Shown: one piece after another, positions 1 through 6,749 of the stretch
How the letters are laid out: the number at the start of each line of letters is the position of its first letter
Position numbering within the stretch: the first letter of the stretch is position 1
Source of the DNA: an uncultured virus (IMG/VR IMGVR_UViG_3300020049_001346)
Lineage: Duplodnaviria > Heunggongvirae > Uroviricota > Caudoviricetes
DNA: 20,000 nucleotides
Direction: 5' to 3' (one strand)
IMG/VR virus record: IMGVR_UViG_3300020049_001346
Notes under the pieces: generated by a model
What the model was told of the DNA's origin: nothing
Seen by the model: the letters and a program-made list of their open reading frames with translations, nothing else
The model's database searches: none
Made by a program: the position numbers and the translations under genes

Positions 1-123
1 TTATATAGTCTAGAAGGCTATCCAATTAACCCTAAACTATACGGTCATTGGAACAAGTTAACACAGAGCGAAAAGAATAACTTGTATGCAAGGTACGTAT
101 TTCTATGCGAACAAGAGAGGTAG
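1..123 (+). CDS. 3' end of hypothetical protein (partial)
   Basis: Frame 1 is open from the window start (LYSLEGYPINPKLYGHWNK...CEQER) to TAG 121-123. Confidence 0.6.
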   Translation, partial: LYSLEGYPINPKLYGHWNKLTQSEKNNLYARYVFLCEQER

Positions 124-175
124 GTTAACTGACGAGTCCTGATTGGACGAAACACCCCAAGTGGGTGTCTTAACC
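123..175 (+). ncRNA. Hammerhead ribozyme, type I
   Basis: Stem I GGTTAA(123-128)/TTAACC(170-175); core CTGACGA(129-135); stem II GTCC/GGAC with loop TGATT; GAAA(149-152); stem III CACCC(153-157)/GGGTG(163-167); GTC cleavage triplet, cut after C169. Intergenic. Confidence 0.93.
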
Positions 176-191
176 ATTAAATATATTTAAC

Positions 192-398
192 ATGAAAGAT
201 TCATTAGCTTTATTATCCACCATAGACGTGGAAAGATTTTATGTGTGCTCGGTTTGGGAGCGAGAGGTAACCTTGCAAGGCAAGGCAAGTACAGAACTTA
301 TACAATACTGCAAAGGATTAGGTGTTGATGAATTTCAAGTGAGTGACCTTGGTCATTTAAAGGCGGAGATTGGTAAACTTAAAATAGTACTAGCGTAA
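192..398 (+). CDS. hypothetical phage protein
   Basis: 68-aa ORF with A-rich upstream region; TAATG coupling to next ORF. Confidence 0.75.
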   Translation: MKDSLALLSTIDVERFYVCSVWEREVTLQGKASTELIQYCKGLGVDEFQVSDLGHLKAEIGKLKIVLA

Positions 399-571
399 TG
401 AAAAAGTCAATCTATCAGCACATCGCTGACACGTACAAGGACGAGGTTCCAACATTGGAACAAGTGACCGCATTAATTAAGGAGCATGCTCCAAACATAT
501 CGTCGCCGAGTTTAACCTTCGACGAATTAGTAACTAACATTTACGAAAACTATACATCATGGATAAAATAG
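398..571 (+). CDS. hypothetical protein (57 aa, MKKSIYQHIADTYK...)
   Basis: Read by hand; fills the gap, TAATG overlap. Confidence 0.65.
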   Translation: MKKSIYQHIADTYKDEVPTLEQVTALIKEHAPNISSPSLTFDELVTNIYENYTSWIK

Positions 572-768
572 AACAAGCGAAGGCTATACTTAAGGAAGCG
601 GGTTACTACACGGGTAACCTATGGCACATCAACGATGTAAAAGAAGACTACGACATTACTGACGATGAGGCACATGATGTGTTATCAAAGGCACTAAACA
701 ACGAGGGAACATTTGACCAAATATGGACAGCTATTAAATTTTATGCAGATGATACTACAGAAATATAG
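559..768 (+). CDS. hypothetical phage protein
   Basis: 69-aa ORF in tandem array. Confidence 0.75.
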   Translation: MDKIEQAKAILKEAGYYTGNLWHINDVKEDYDITDDEAHDVLSKALNNEGTFDQIWTAIKFYADDTTEI

Positions 769-973
769 ACGGCAGTTAGGTCATGACTCAATCACGTTGG
801 CACACGGAAGTAAACCCTTCTTTGTGCCATCGTCATTTGAGCACAAGGATGTGAGTCCTGAACTAGTGGCGATTGAGTTCCCACAGTGGTTCCTAGACAA
901 GCACAAGCAGACCATAGAAGAGATAGAGTTCAGTACTAACTTATTAATAGAGAGAATATGCGACCAAGGATAA
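743..973 (+). CDS. hypothetical protein
   Basis: ORF 713-973; ATG 743 minimises overlap. Confidence 0.65.
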   Translation: MQMILQKYRRQLGHDSITLAHGSKPFFVPSSFEHKDVSPELVAIEFPQWFLDKHKQTIEEIEFSTNLLIERICDQG

Positions 974-1137
974 CACTAGTTAATCAGACCATCAGGTCAA
1001 TCAGGGAGCGTGAGCAGAAGTTCACGGCGCTTGTAAAGTACGAGTGCAAAGAGAACCCACAACTGAAGTGGCACGAAGCCAAGCGAGAGGTAAAGTACAG
1101 AATTTTTAATAAGACAATAGGATGGATACAGCAATAG
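958..1137 (+). CDS. hypothetical protein (59 aa, MRPRITLVNQ...)
   Basis: Read by hand; tiles between neighbours with backbone codon usage. Confidence 0.6.
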   Translation: MRPRITLVNQTIRSIREREQKFTALVKYECKENPQLKWHEAKREVKYRIFNKTIGWIQQ

Positions 1138-1286
1138 TAGTTGAGACGGGAGAGAGTGTAGAGATAGTGCACAGAGGTTTTGATATTGTAATAATACAAT
1201 TCAGTGACGGGACACAGAAACTTGTGAGACCCGATGAGGTTGGACTAACTAAAAGAAAGAGACCAAAGTTATGGAAGCTATACTAG
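1122..1286 (+). CDS. hypothetical protein (54 aa, MDTAIVVETGE...)
   Basis: Read by hand; tiles between neighbours. Confidence 0.6.
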   Translation: MDTAIVVETGESVEIVHRGFDIVIIQFSDGTQKLVRPDEVGLTKRKRPKLWKLY

Positions 1287-1471
1287 AGAGAGCCTTCGTG
1301 AAGGCGATGGTCAAGGTGATGAGCCTTGAGGACGAGTTGAAAGACATTGACAAGGCTATGTATGACGATCACCACCTTGAAATAATCAGGACAAGTATAG
1401 AGCGCGACCTAGAGGCGTGGAAATTAATCTTAAAACTAATTGAGAATGAAAGCAAAGGTAATAGTAAGTAG
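1271..1471 (+). CDS. hypothetical helical protein
   Basis: 66-aa ORF. Confidence 0.7.
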   Translation: MEAILERAFVKAMVKVMSLEDELKDIDKAMYDDHHLEIIRTSIERDLEAWKLILKLIENESKGNSK

Positions 1472-1736
1472 GGGTGCATATAGCATCGGTCACGATTGGT
1501 GTCTAGTCCTAGAGACAAAGAAGCACCACCAACGATTCTATTTGGGTCAAGATAACAAGTTCTGTACTAGGGTATTAGGTCTAAGCACATCAGATGTTGT
1601 CGCTAGGATAGGCACCCGAGAGATAGACAACGACACGAAGGGCAACCGCATATTGGCCAAGTTCATATGCAAACAACTAAACATTAACGGACACAACTTC
1701 AAGTGCATCGAGGCGTGGGGTCTGTGTGCACAATAA
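1446..1736 (+). CDS. hypothetical phage protein
   Basis: ORF 1440-1736; likely start MKAKVIV. Confidence 0.7.
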   Translation: MKAKVIVSRGAYSIGHDWCLVLETKKHHQRFYLGQDNKFCTRVLGLSTSDVVARIGTREIDNDTKGNRILAKFICKQLNINGHNFKCIEAWGLCAQ

Positions 1737-1744
1737 CTAAAGAC

Positions 1745-2017
1745 ATGACACATTTTAAATCAGACGAGTTAGAGTTCTTCAACAAGTTCACAGACAAGCG
1801 GGTTAATGTAGGAGATGGCACTACGACCATAAGAGTCAAGCCAAAGGAGACACAGCTAGACCTACAGATTGAGGTGGCTAGGAAGACGAGTATTAACATA
1901 GTAACGTGTGGAGACTGCGGTAGCACACTACTACACAGACAATCGGACGAGACCATAACGTGTCCTGACTGTGGATTTAGTAGTGAGCCTTGCGACTTCC
2001 CTAACTTAAACTACTAG
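1745..2017 (+). CDS. zinc-ribbon protein
   Basis: TCGDCG...TCPDCG CxxC pairs; ATG 1745. Confidence 0.7.
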   Translation: MTHFKSDELEFFNKFTDKRVNVGDGTTTIRVKPKETQLDLQIEVARKTSINIVTCGDCGSTLLHRQSDETITCPDCGFSSEPCDFPNLNY

Positions 2018-2019
2018 AA

Positions 2020-2241
2020 ATGAAAGAAGAGTATATCAGAATGCGTAACAGTGGGCAGTATAACATAGAGTGGTTCCACAAGTATTACAGAAGCAAGGGG
2101 GGTAGAGACATCCCCCTTCAGGACTTCCACATGGTGTTTCAGACGGCTAACCTAGATCAGGTTTTAGATAGAATAGATAAAGAGTATAACCTTACATCAT
2201 TATATGATGTAAATAATAAACTAATAAAGACATGGCAATAA
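2020..2241 (+). CDS. hypothetical protein
   Basis: 73-aa ORF. Confidence 0.7.
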   Translation: MKEEYIRMRNSGQYNIEWFHKYYRSKGGRDIPLQDFHMVFQTANLDQVLDRIDKEYNLTSLYDVNNKLIKTWQ

Positions 2242-2534
2242 AGATAACAGACGACTGCATCAACTGTGGACTGTGTGAGCCCGTGTGTCCGAACAACGCG
2301 ATATACGAGCCTGACACGGATTGGAGATGGAGCGACGGCACAAGCCTGACGGATGATACACCACAGGCACCACGTTCAAGCGACGTGTTCTACATCGTTG
2401 AGGAGAAGTGCACAGAGTGTGTCGGCTTCTACGGTGCACCACAGTGTGCGTCAGTGTGCCCATCGGACTGTTGTGTCCCTAGCACACACGAGACAGATTT
2501 ACTAACTAAAAAGCATAGACTACATGGAAATTAA
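2232..2534 (+). CDS. yfhL: YfhL-family 2[4Fe-4S] dicluster ferredoxin
   Basis: CINCGLCEPVCP and CTECVGFYGAPQCASVCP motifs; MAIKITDDC start; WRWSDGTSL insert as in Bacteroidota YfhL homologues. Confidence 0.9.
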   Translation: MAIKITDDCINCGLCEPVCPNNAIYEPDTDWRWSDGTSLTDDTPQAPRSSDVFYIVEEKCTECVGFYGAPQCASVCPSDCCVPSTHETDLLTKKHRLHGN

Positions 2535-2754
2535 AAACGGAAGGTGGACGCGCAATGGAGACGCGCTCACGGTGGCGGACAACCAAGACTTCACAGACAG
2601 ACTGATGAGAGTGAAAGAGTTTGCACGTGGACGCGAGTTGACACATAGCAAGGTTCAGGTACTGTTCAGGATATTGGACACGGACGAGTTGGTTGACGAC
2701 GCGCTGAACTGCGTGTTGGGGATGAGTAACAGACAGATAGCACAATTATTTTAG
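2524..2754 (+). CDS. hypothetical protein
   Basis: 76-aa ORF. Confidence 0.65.
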   Translation: MEIKNGRWTRNGDALTVADNQDFTDRLMRVKEFARGRELTHSKVQVLFRILDTDELVDDALNCVLGMSNRQIAQLF

Positions 2755-2768
2755 TCGGAGAGAGAGTT

Positions 2769-3038
2769 GTGTGCGTTGATTCTAGTAAATTGCCACACAC
2801 GTGCGACGAGTTGTCGGTAGACGTACCCAATTGGGTGGTCGAGGGTAGTCAGTACACGATAAGAGAGATACAAGAGCACGACTTCGGAGCAGTTGGCGTG
2901 CTACTAGAGGAGATAAGGAACAAGCCTAGGTACTTCAGGCTCATAGACAGAACAACAGAGCCGATGTTTAAGATATCGAGGTTCAGAAGACTGAAGCCGA
3001 GAGAGGTAGAGGTCTTGGAAGAAATAAACGCCATCTGA
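2769..3038 (+). CDS. hypothetical phage protein (start uncertain, possibly ATT 2745/2748)
   Basis: Frame open from 2730 with no ATG near the 5' end; reads ...IILVGERVVCVDSS. Confidence 0.65.
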   Translation: MCVDSSKLPHTCDELSVDVPNWVVEGSQYTIREIQEHDFGAVGVLLEEIRNKPRYFRLIDRTTEPMFKISRFRRLKPREVEVLEEINAI

Positions 3039-3066
3039 TTAAATACAGTCCTTGTAAAAGATACAA

Positions 3067-3166
3067 TGTAGGCCGTCTGTGTGCGTGAGTCAAAGTAGGA
3101 ATCAGTTGGCAATGAATTCATAGTCCTACAAACACAGACATTCTTTGACGGCTCGGAAAGACGGGC
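3067..3166 (+). ncRNA. structured intergenic RNA with boxA/boxB (nut)-like element
   Basis: GTCTGTGT(3075-82)/ACACAGAC(3132-39) and GTAGGA(3095-3100)/TCCTAC(3124-29) stems; ATTCTTTGAC(3140-49) followed by hairpin GCTCG-GAAAGA-CGGGC(3151-66). Confidence 0.5.
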
Positions 3167-3171
3167 AAAAC

Positions 3172-3243
3172 AGTCAGGTGGCAGTAATTGGTAACTGCGA
3201 AGCATTATGCATAGAAATACAGGTTCGAATCCTGTCCTGACTA
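3172..3243 (+). tRNA. tRNA-like element lacking a canonical anticodon arm
   Basis: Acceptor AGTCAGG/CCTGACT; D stem GCAG/CTGC with GG in loop; T arm ACAGG-TTCGAAT-CCTGT; only 20 nt between D and T arms and no 5-bp/7-nt anticodon arm. Confidence 0.8.
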
Positions 3244-3264
3244 CTAACTTTAAATTAAAACAAG

Positions 3265-3474
3265 ATGAAAGCAGTAGAATGGTTAGAAGAACAATATTAC
3301 GATTCAGAAGGCAAATTAACAAGACAAGATTTTGAACAAGCCAAAGAAATGGAGAAGCAACAACAAGGATATACTGAATATGAAGTATTAGATATACTAA
3401 AACAGTACGCACTTGAAGAACATTTAATAACATCATCTAAACCTGATGTATGGTTTAAACAATTTAAAAAATGA
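3265..3474 (+). CDS. small modular protein (AVEW...AKEMEKQQQGY..EV...WFKQFKK family)
   Basis: AT-rich; shares blocks with 16705, 17187 and 18643 ORFs. Confidence 0.8.
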   Translation: MKAVEWLEEQYYDSEGKLTRQDFEQAKEMEKQQQGYTEYEVLDILKQYALEEHLITSSKPDVWFKQFKK

Positions 3475-3812
3475 TAACAATAGAAGAACTTAAAAAAGAA
3501 ATAGCAAACAACTTGCTAGAATCTGAACTAAAAGATGACAGAGGTAAAAAATCTTTAGGTAAAAAGAATAAGGAACTGAGAGAGATTATAATGTATCTAG
3601 AGACAAATCCAAGTGAATTATTTATAAAGTCTGAGATACATAAAATTGATCGTATAATAAAATCTAAGTCTGACGGGTATGAGTATTGGACTAAAAACAT
3701 ATGTGACAAAAGCGTAGACGTAAGTAAAAGGAGGTCTTTGTTTAATTCACAGTTAGGCATAACTTCACTTAAAAGACAATTAAAAAAATTAAAATACATA
3801 CTAAAAAAATGA
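3471..3812 (+). CDS. hypothetical Lys-rich protein
   Basis: 113-aa AT-rich ORF, ATGA overlap. Confidence 0.75.
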   Translation: MITIEELKKEIANNLLESELKDDRGKKSLGKKNKELREIIMYLETNPSELFIKSEIHKIDRIIKSKSDGYEYWTKNICDKSVDVSKRRSLFNSQLGITSLKRQLKKLKYILKK

Positions 3813-3946
3813 AAGAAGAAGCACAAAGAATTTTAGATTTATTCAACGGGGACTACGTCCTAGGATTGAGATGTATTAACGAGTTGATACGTGAGACGGG
3901 AGCAAAGTATTGGTACGACGTAAGACGAGAGTATGAACAAGCGTAA
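3809..3946 (+). CDS. hypothetical protein (45 aa, MKEEAQRIL...YWYDVRREYEQA)
   Basis: Read by hand; ATGA overlap. Confidence 0.6.
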   Translation: MKEEAQRILDLFNGDYVLGLRCINELIRETGAKYWYDVRREYEQA

Positions 3947-4175
3947 GAAGGTAAAGGCGCAGTTGATGTACTGTCTGTGCAGTCTACTGCTAGAGTGTCT
4001 AGACGAGTTGAAGTCAACCACACAAAGGATGCTGAAGTTCAGGGACGACCTGATAGGCTTCTGCGAGGAGTTGAACAACGAGGTGGCCGACACCAACGTG
4101 ATACAGAGGGGTACGTACTTCCAAGAGTTAAGTAAGAAAATTGACACACTAATAAGAAAGAACTATGAAGAATGA
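3933..4175 (+). CDS. hypothetical protein
   Basis: 80-aa ORF. Confidence 0.7.
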   Translation: MNKRKKVKAQLMYCLCSLLLECLDELKSTTQRMLKFRDDLIGFCEELNNEVADTNVIQRGTYFQELSKKIDTLIRKNYEE

Positions 4176-4554
4176 AATTTGGAGGGACGCGACATGGTTC
4201 CACAAGTCGACAAGGCTTGACACACCGTACTCGAAGTCAAGAATATTCAAGGGTATAAAGATCGAGAACACGGACGGGGAGATAAAGATCCTGAACACAA
4301 AGTTAAACGGGGACTTCTACCAGGAGGTATCGAAGGAGGAGTACAGGATGTTCTATAGGCTAGGGTTCGAGCAGGGGTGCTACGAGATGTGCCTAGCGAA
4401 CTATAGGATGTCGCTGAATACAATCATCCGTAGCATACGAGATGAGATAGGGAACCGAAACAATCAGAAGCACTACCAGTATCTGAAGACGATGAGAGTG
4501 AACCTAATGGAGAAGTACACTAATGTTTTAAAAATCAAGTACGAAAATGTTTAA
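4165..4554 (+). CDS. hypothetical protein
   Basis: 129-aa ORF, backbone codon usage. Confidence 0.75.
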   Translation: MKNEIWRDATWFHKSTRLDTPYSKSRIFKGIKIENTDGEIKILNTKLNGDFYQEVSKEEYRMFYRLGFEQGCYEMCLANYRMSLNTIIRSIRDEIGNRNNQKHYQYLKTMRVNLMEKYTNVLKIKYENV

Positions 4555-4563
4555 TTTTTTTTG

Positions 4564-4571
4564 TATCTTTG
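4564..4571 (+). promoter_or_regulatory. Bacteroidota sigma-A -7 box (TATCTTTG)
   Basis: Matches TAnnTTTG, intergenic, upstream of structured leader and HNH gene. Confidence 0.75.
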
Positions 4572-4575
4572 CAAT

Positions 4576-4669
4576 GTAATGAAGTGAGACACATTGCGCC
4601 CGAAAATATTTAATAATCCTGTCAAGGAGGCATGTCTCACATTACTGCCAAATTGATGGGGTTTTTTTT
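4576..4669 (+). ncRNA. kissing-loop leader ending in an intrinsic terminator (attenuator-like)
   Basis: Hairpin GTAATG/CATTGC with loop GTGAGACA; hairpin ATCCTGTCAA/TTGATGGGGT plus GGCA/TGCC with loop TGTCTCACATTAC; T8 tract 4662-4669. Confidence 0.7.
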
Positions 4670-4674
4670 GTGAT

Positions 4675-5295
4675 ATGAAGAAGTGTACAAAGTGTAATGT
4701 TGAGAGGGAATTAATTGAGTTTAGTAAAGATAGAACTAGAATAGATGGATTATTTCCTCAATGTAAAAAGTGTAAAAAAATTGATGATGATAAATCTTAT
4801 TTAAATAATAAAAATAAAATAATTGCTAAATCTAAAAAATGGAATGAAGAAAATAAAGAAAGAAGAAAGGAATATAGAAGGCAATACAATATAAAAAATA
4901 AAGAAGTAGAAAATCAAAAATGTAGAGAATGGAATAAGTTAAATAGACATAAAGCAAATGAATATTTAAAAAACAGAATATTAAATGACCCTTTATTTAA
5001 ACTTAGTAGTAGTATACGATCTTTAATAAGGACTTCAATGAAAGGTAATGGATACTCAAAAAAAACTAAGACTTACAATATACTAGGATGTACATTTGAA
5101 GAATTTAAAAGTCATCTAGAAAGTCAATTTACCGAAGGAATGACTTGGGAGAATAAAGGTCAATGGCATATGGATCATATATACCCAGTATCATTAGCAA
5201 TAGACGAGGATCATATGATAAAGTTGAATCATTACACAAACTTCCAACCATTGTGGGCAAAAGATAATATAAGTAAATCAAATAAATTAAATTAA
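4675..5295 (+). CDS. free-standing HNH-type (homing-like) endonuclease with N-terminal zinc finger
   Basis: CTKC...DG...CKKC N-terminus; C-terminal LGC...LESQF..GMTWEN..QWHMDHIYP...NHYTNFQPLWAKDNISKSNK HNH motif; strongly AT-rich. Confidence 0.85.
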   Translation: MKKCTKCNVERELIEFSKDRTRIDGLFPQCKKCKKIDDDKSYLNNKNKIIAKSKKWNEENKERRKEYRRQYNIKNKEVENQKCREWNKLNRHKANEYLKNRILNDPLFKLSSSIRSLIRTSMKGNGYSKKTKTYNILGCTFEEFKSHLESQFTEGMTWENKGQWHMDHIYPVSLAIDEDHMIKLNHYTNFQPLWAKDNISKSNKLN

Positions 5296-5299
5296 ACAA

Positions 5300-5872
5300 A
5301 TGGAGAAAATTTTTAAAACATTATCAGAGATTGACATAAAGTCAAAAGTAGAGAAGAAGGGTAGTCAGAACTACCTCAGTTGGGCTAACGCGTGGGGGTT
5401 TGCAAAGCAAATGTATCCATCAATACAACGTATAGTGTACGAGGATCCGTTGACGGGACTTAACTACCTAAACGATGGTAAGACGGGCTATGTGAAGGTT
5501 GGAATTGTAATCGAGGGACTAGAGCACATCGACTACCTACCAATCATGAGCCACAACAACAAGTCAATTGGAATAGATAACATAACATCATTCGAGGTGT
5601 CAAAGACTATCCAAAGGAGCACTGTAAAGGCGTTGGCGCTTCACGGACTAGGCCTTCAGATGTGGAGTGGTGAAGACCTAGTGACAACTACAAAGGTAGA
5701 GAAGCCTTCAGGCCCTCTAGAGTTGACCATAGGTGACGCGAATTGGGACAAGGTCATCAAGTACATCAAGGACAACAAGCACCTTGGATTGGCCACGATA
5801 GTCAAGAACCTTGAGACGAAGTATAAAATTTCAACCGTAATCAAAAAAGAACTTGGGAAATATGTTGGATAG
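5300..5872 (+). CDS. sak: Sak-like (Rad52 fold, DUF1071-type) single-strand annealing protein
   Basis: VEKKG...YLSWANAW, GYVKVGIVI, LPIM..NN, IQRSTVKALALHGLGL motifs; next to exonuclease and SSB. Confidence 0.85.
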   Translation: MEKIFKTLSEIDIKSKVEKKGSQNYLSWANAWGFAKQMYPSIQRIVYEDPLTGLNYLNDGKTGYVKVGIVIEGLEHIDYLPIMSHNNKSIGIDNITSFEVSKTIQRSTVKALALHGLGLQMWSGEDLVTTTKVEKPSGPLELTIGDANWDKVIKYIKDNKHLGLATIVKNLETKYKISTVIKKELGKYVG

Positions 5873-6575
5873 ACTAAGAAATGACAAAGACTACTACGGG
5901 GACTACGGATCGCAGTTCCTAAGTAATAGCGCGGTGGGTGTACTATTAAGTAACCCTAAGATGTTTAAGGTAAAGCAGGAGCCGACGGTTCCTATGCTAC
6001 AAGGTAGCTACTTCCACACGGCCATATTGGAGCCTGAGAAGTTGGCCAACTTTGAGATAGTGGAGGCGAGCACGCGTAACACAAACATATACAAGGACGC
6101 GTCAAAGGGCAACCTGCTCCTGCTAAGGAATGAGTGTGACAACCTTGACGAGATGGTTCGCGTGATCAAGTCGAACTTCTTCTTTTACGAGAACATCTAC
6201 AAGGACGGAAACGTGTACGAGGAGCCCGCCATCATGGAGTTGTTCGGCCACAAGTTCAAGGGCAAGGCAGACATTGTGACAGACGAGATTATTATCGACA
6301 TCAAGACCACGTCAAAGATCTCTGACTTCAGGTGGTCTGCAAAGAAGTACAACTACGACTCGCAGTCATATTTGTATCAGCAATTTTTTGATAAACCCTT
6401 GATTTTCTACGTAATAGATAAGGGTACTCACGAGTTGGGTGTGTTCGAGCCTAGTGCAGAGTTCCTACTAGGAGGTAGAGAGAAGGTGTTGCGTGCGGTT
6501 GAGGTCTACGAAAAGTTCTTTGGAGACAGTCCTAAGGAGGACATAAATAATTTCTTCATAAGGGAAGATTTGTAA
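5862..6575 (+). CDS. PD-(D/E)XK exonuclease (DUF3799/RecE-like)
   Basis: LSNS, GSYFHTAILEPE, EE, KGKAD...IIDIKTT, YDSQSYLY motifs. Confidence 0.85.
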   Translation: MLDRLRNDKDYYGDYGSQFLSNSAVGVLLSNPKMFKVKQEPTVPMLQGSYFHTAILEPEKLANFEIVEASTRNTNIYKDASKGNLLLLRNECDNLDEMVRVIKSNFFFYENIYKDGNVYEEPAIMELFGHKFKGKADIVTDEIIIDIKTTSKISDFRWSAKKYNYDSQSYLYQQFFDKPLIFYVIDKGTHELGVFEPSAEFLLGGREKVLRAVEVYEKFFGDSPKEDINNFFIREDL

Positions 6576-6586
6576 CAAATTTGTTG

Positions 6587-6594
6587 TATATTTG
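6587..6594 (+). promoter_or_regulatory. Bacteroidota -7 box (TATATTTG)
   Basis: TAnnTTTG 28 nt upstream of the tRNA-like gene. Confidence 0.6.
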
Positions 6595-6622
6595 TTGCGG
6601 ATTATGGTGTCCATGGTCGGTT

Positions 6623-6694
6623 TGTTGTATAGTTTAGCGGTAGAATAGGCCTTGTTTAATAGGCTAGACGAGGGTTCGAGTCCCTCTGCAACAT
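6623..6694 (+). tRNA. atypical tRNA with 8-nt anticodon loop (identity undetermined)
   Basis: Acceptor TGTTGTA/TGCAACA; D stem GTTT/GAAT with loop AGCGGTA; anticodon stem GGCCT/AGGCT with loop TGTTTAAT; T arm GAGGG-TTCGAGT-CCCTC; no encoded CCA. Confidence 0.8.
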
Positions 6695-6749
6695 CAAACT
6701 GAATAGCCGACGGCAGTACAACTAGGTAGGCAAAATTAAATTTAATAAA

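Noticed and set aside
2602..2620. CTGATGAGAGTGAAAG, and other CTGATGA hits near 8444 and 19648, as extra hammerheads
   Set aside because: Inside coding sequence, with no stem II/III or cleavage triplet in the right geometry.
3244..3264. Theta/HDV-like ribozyme downstream of the tRNA-like elements
   Set aside because: The 3' trailers are short or AT-rich and show no nested double pseudoknot.
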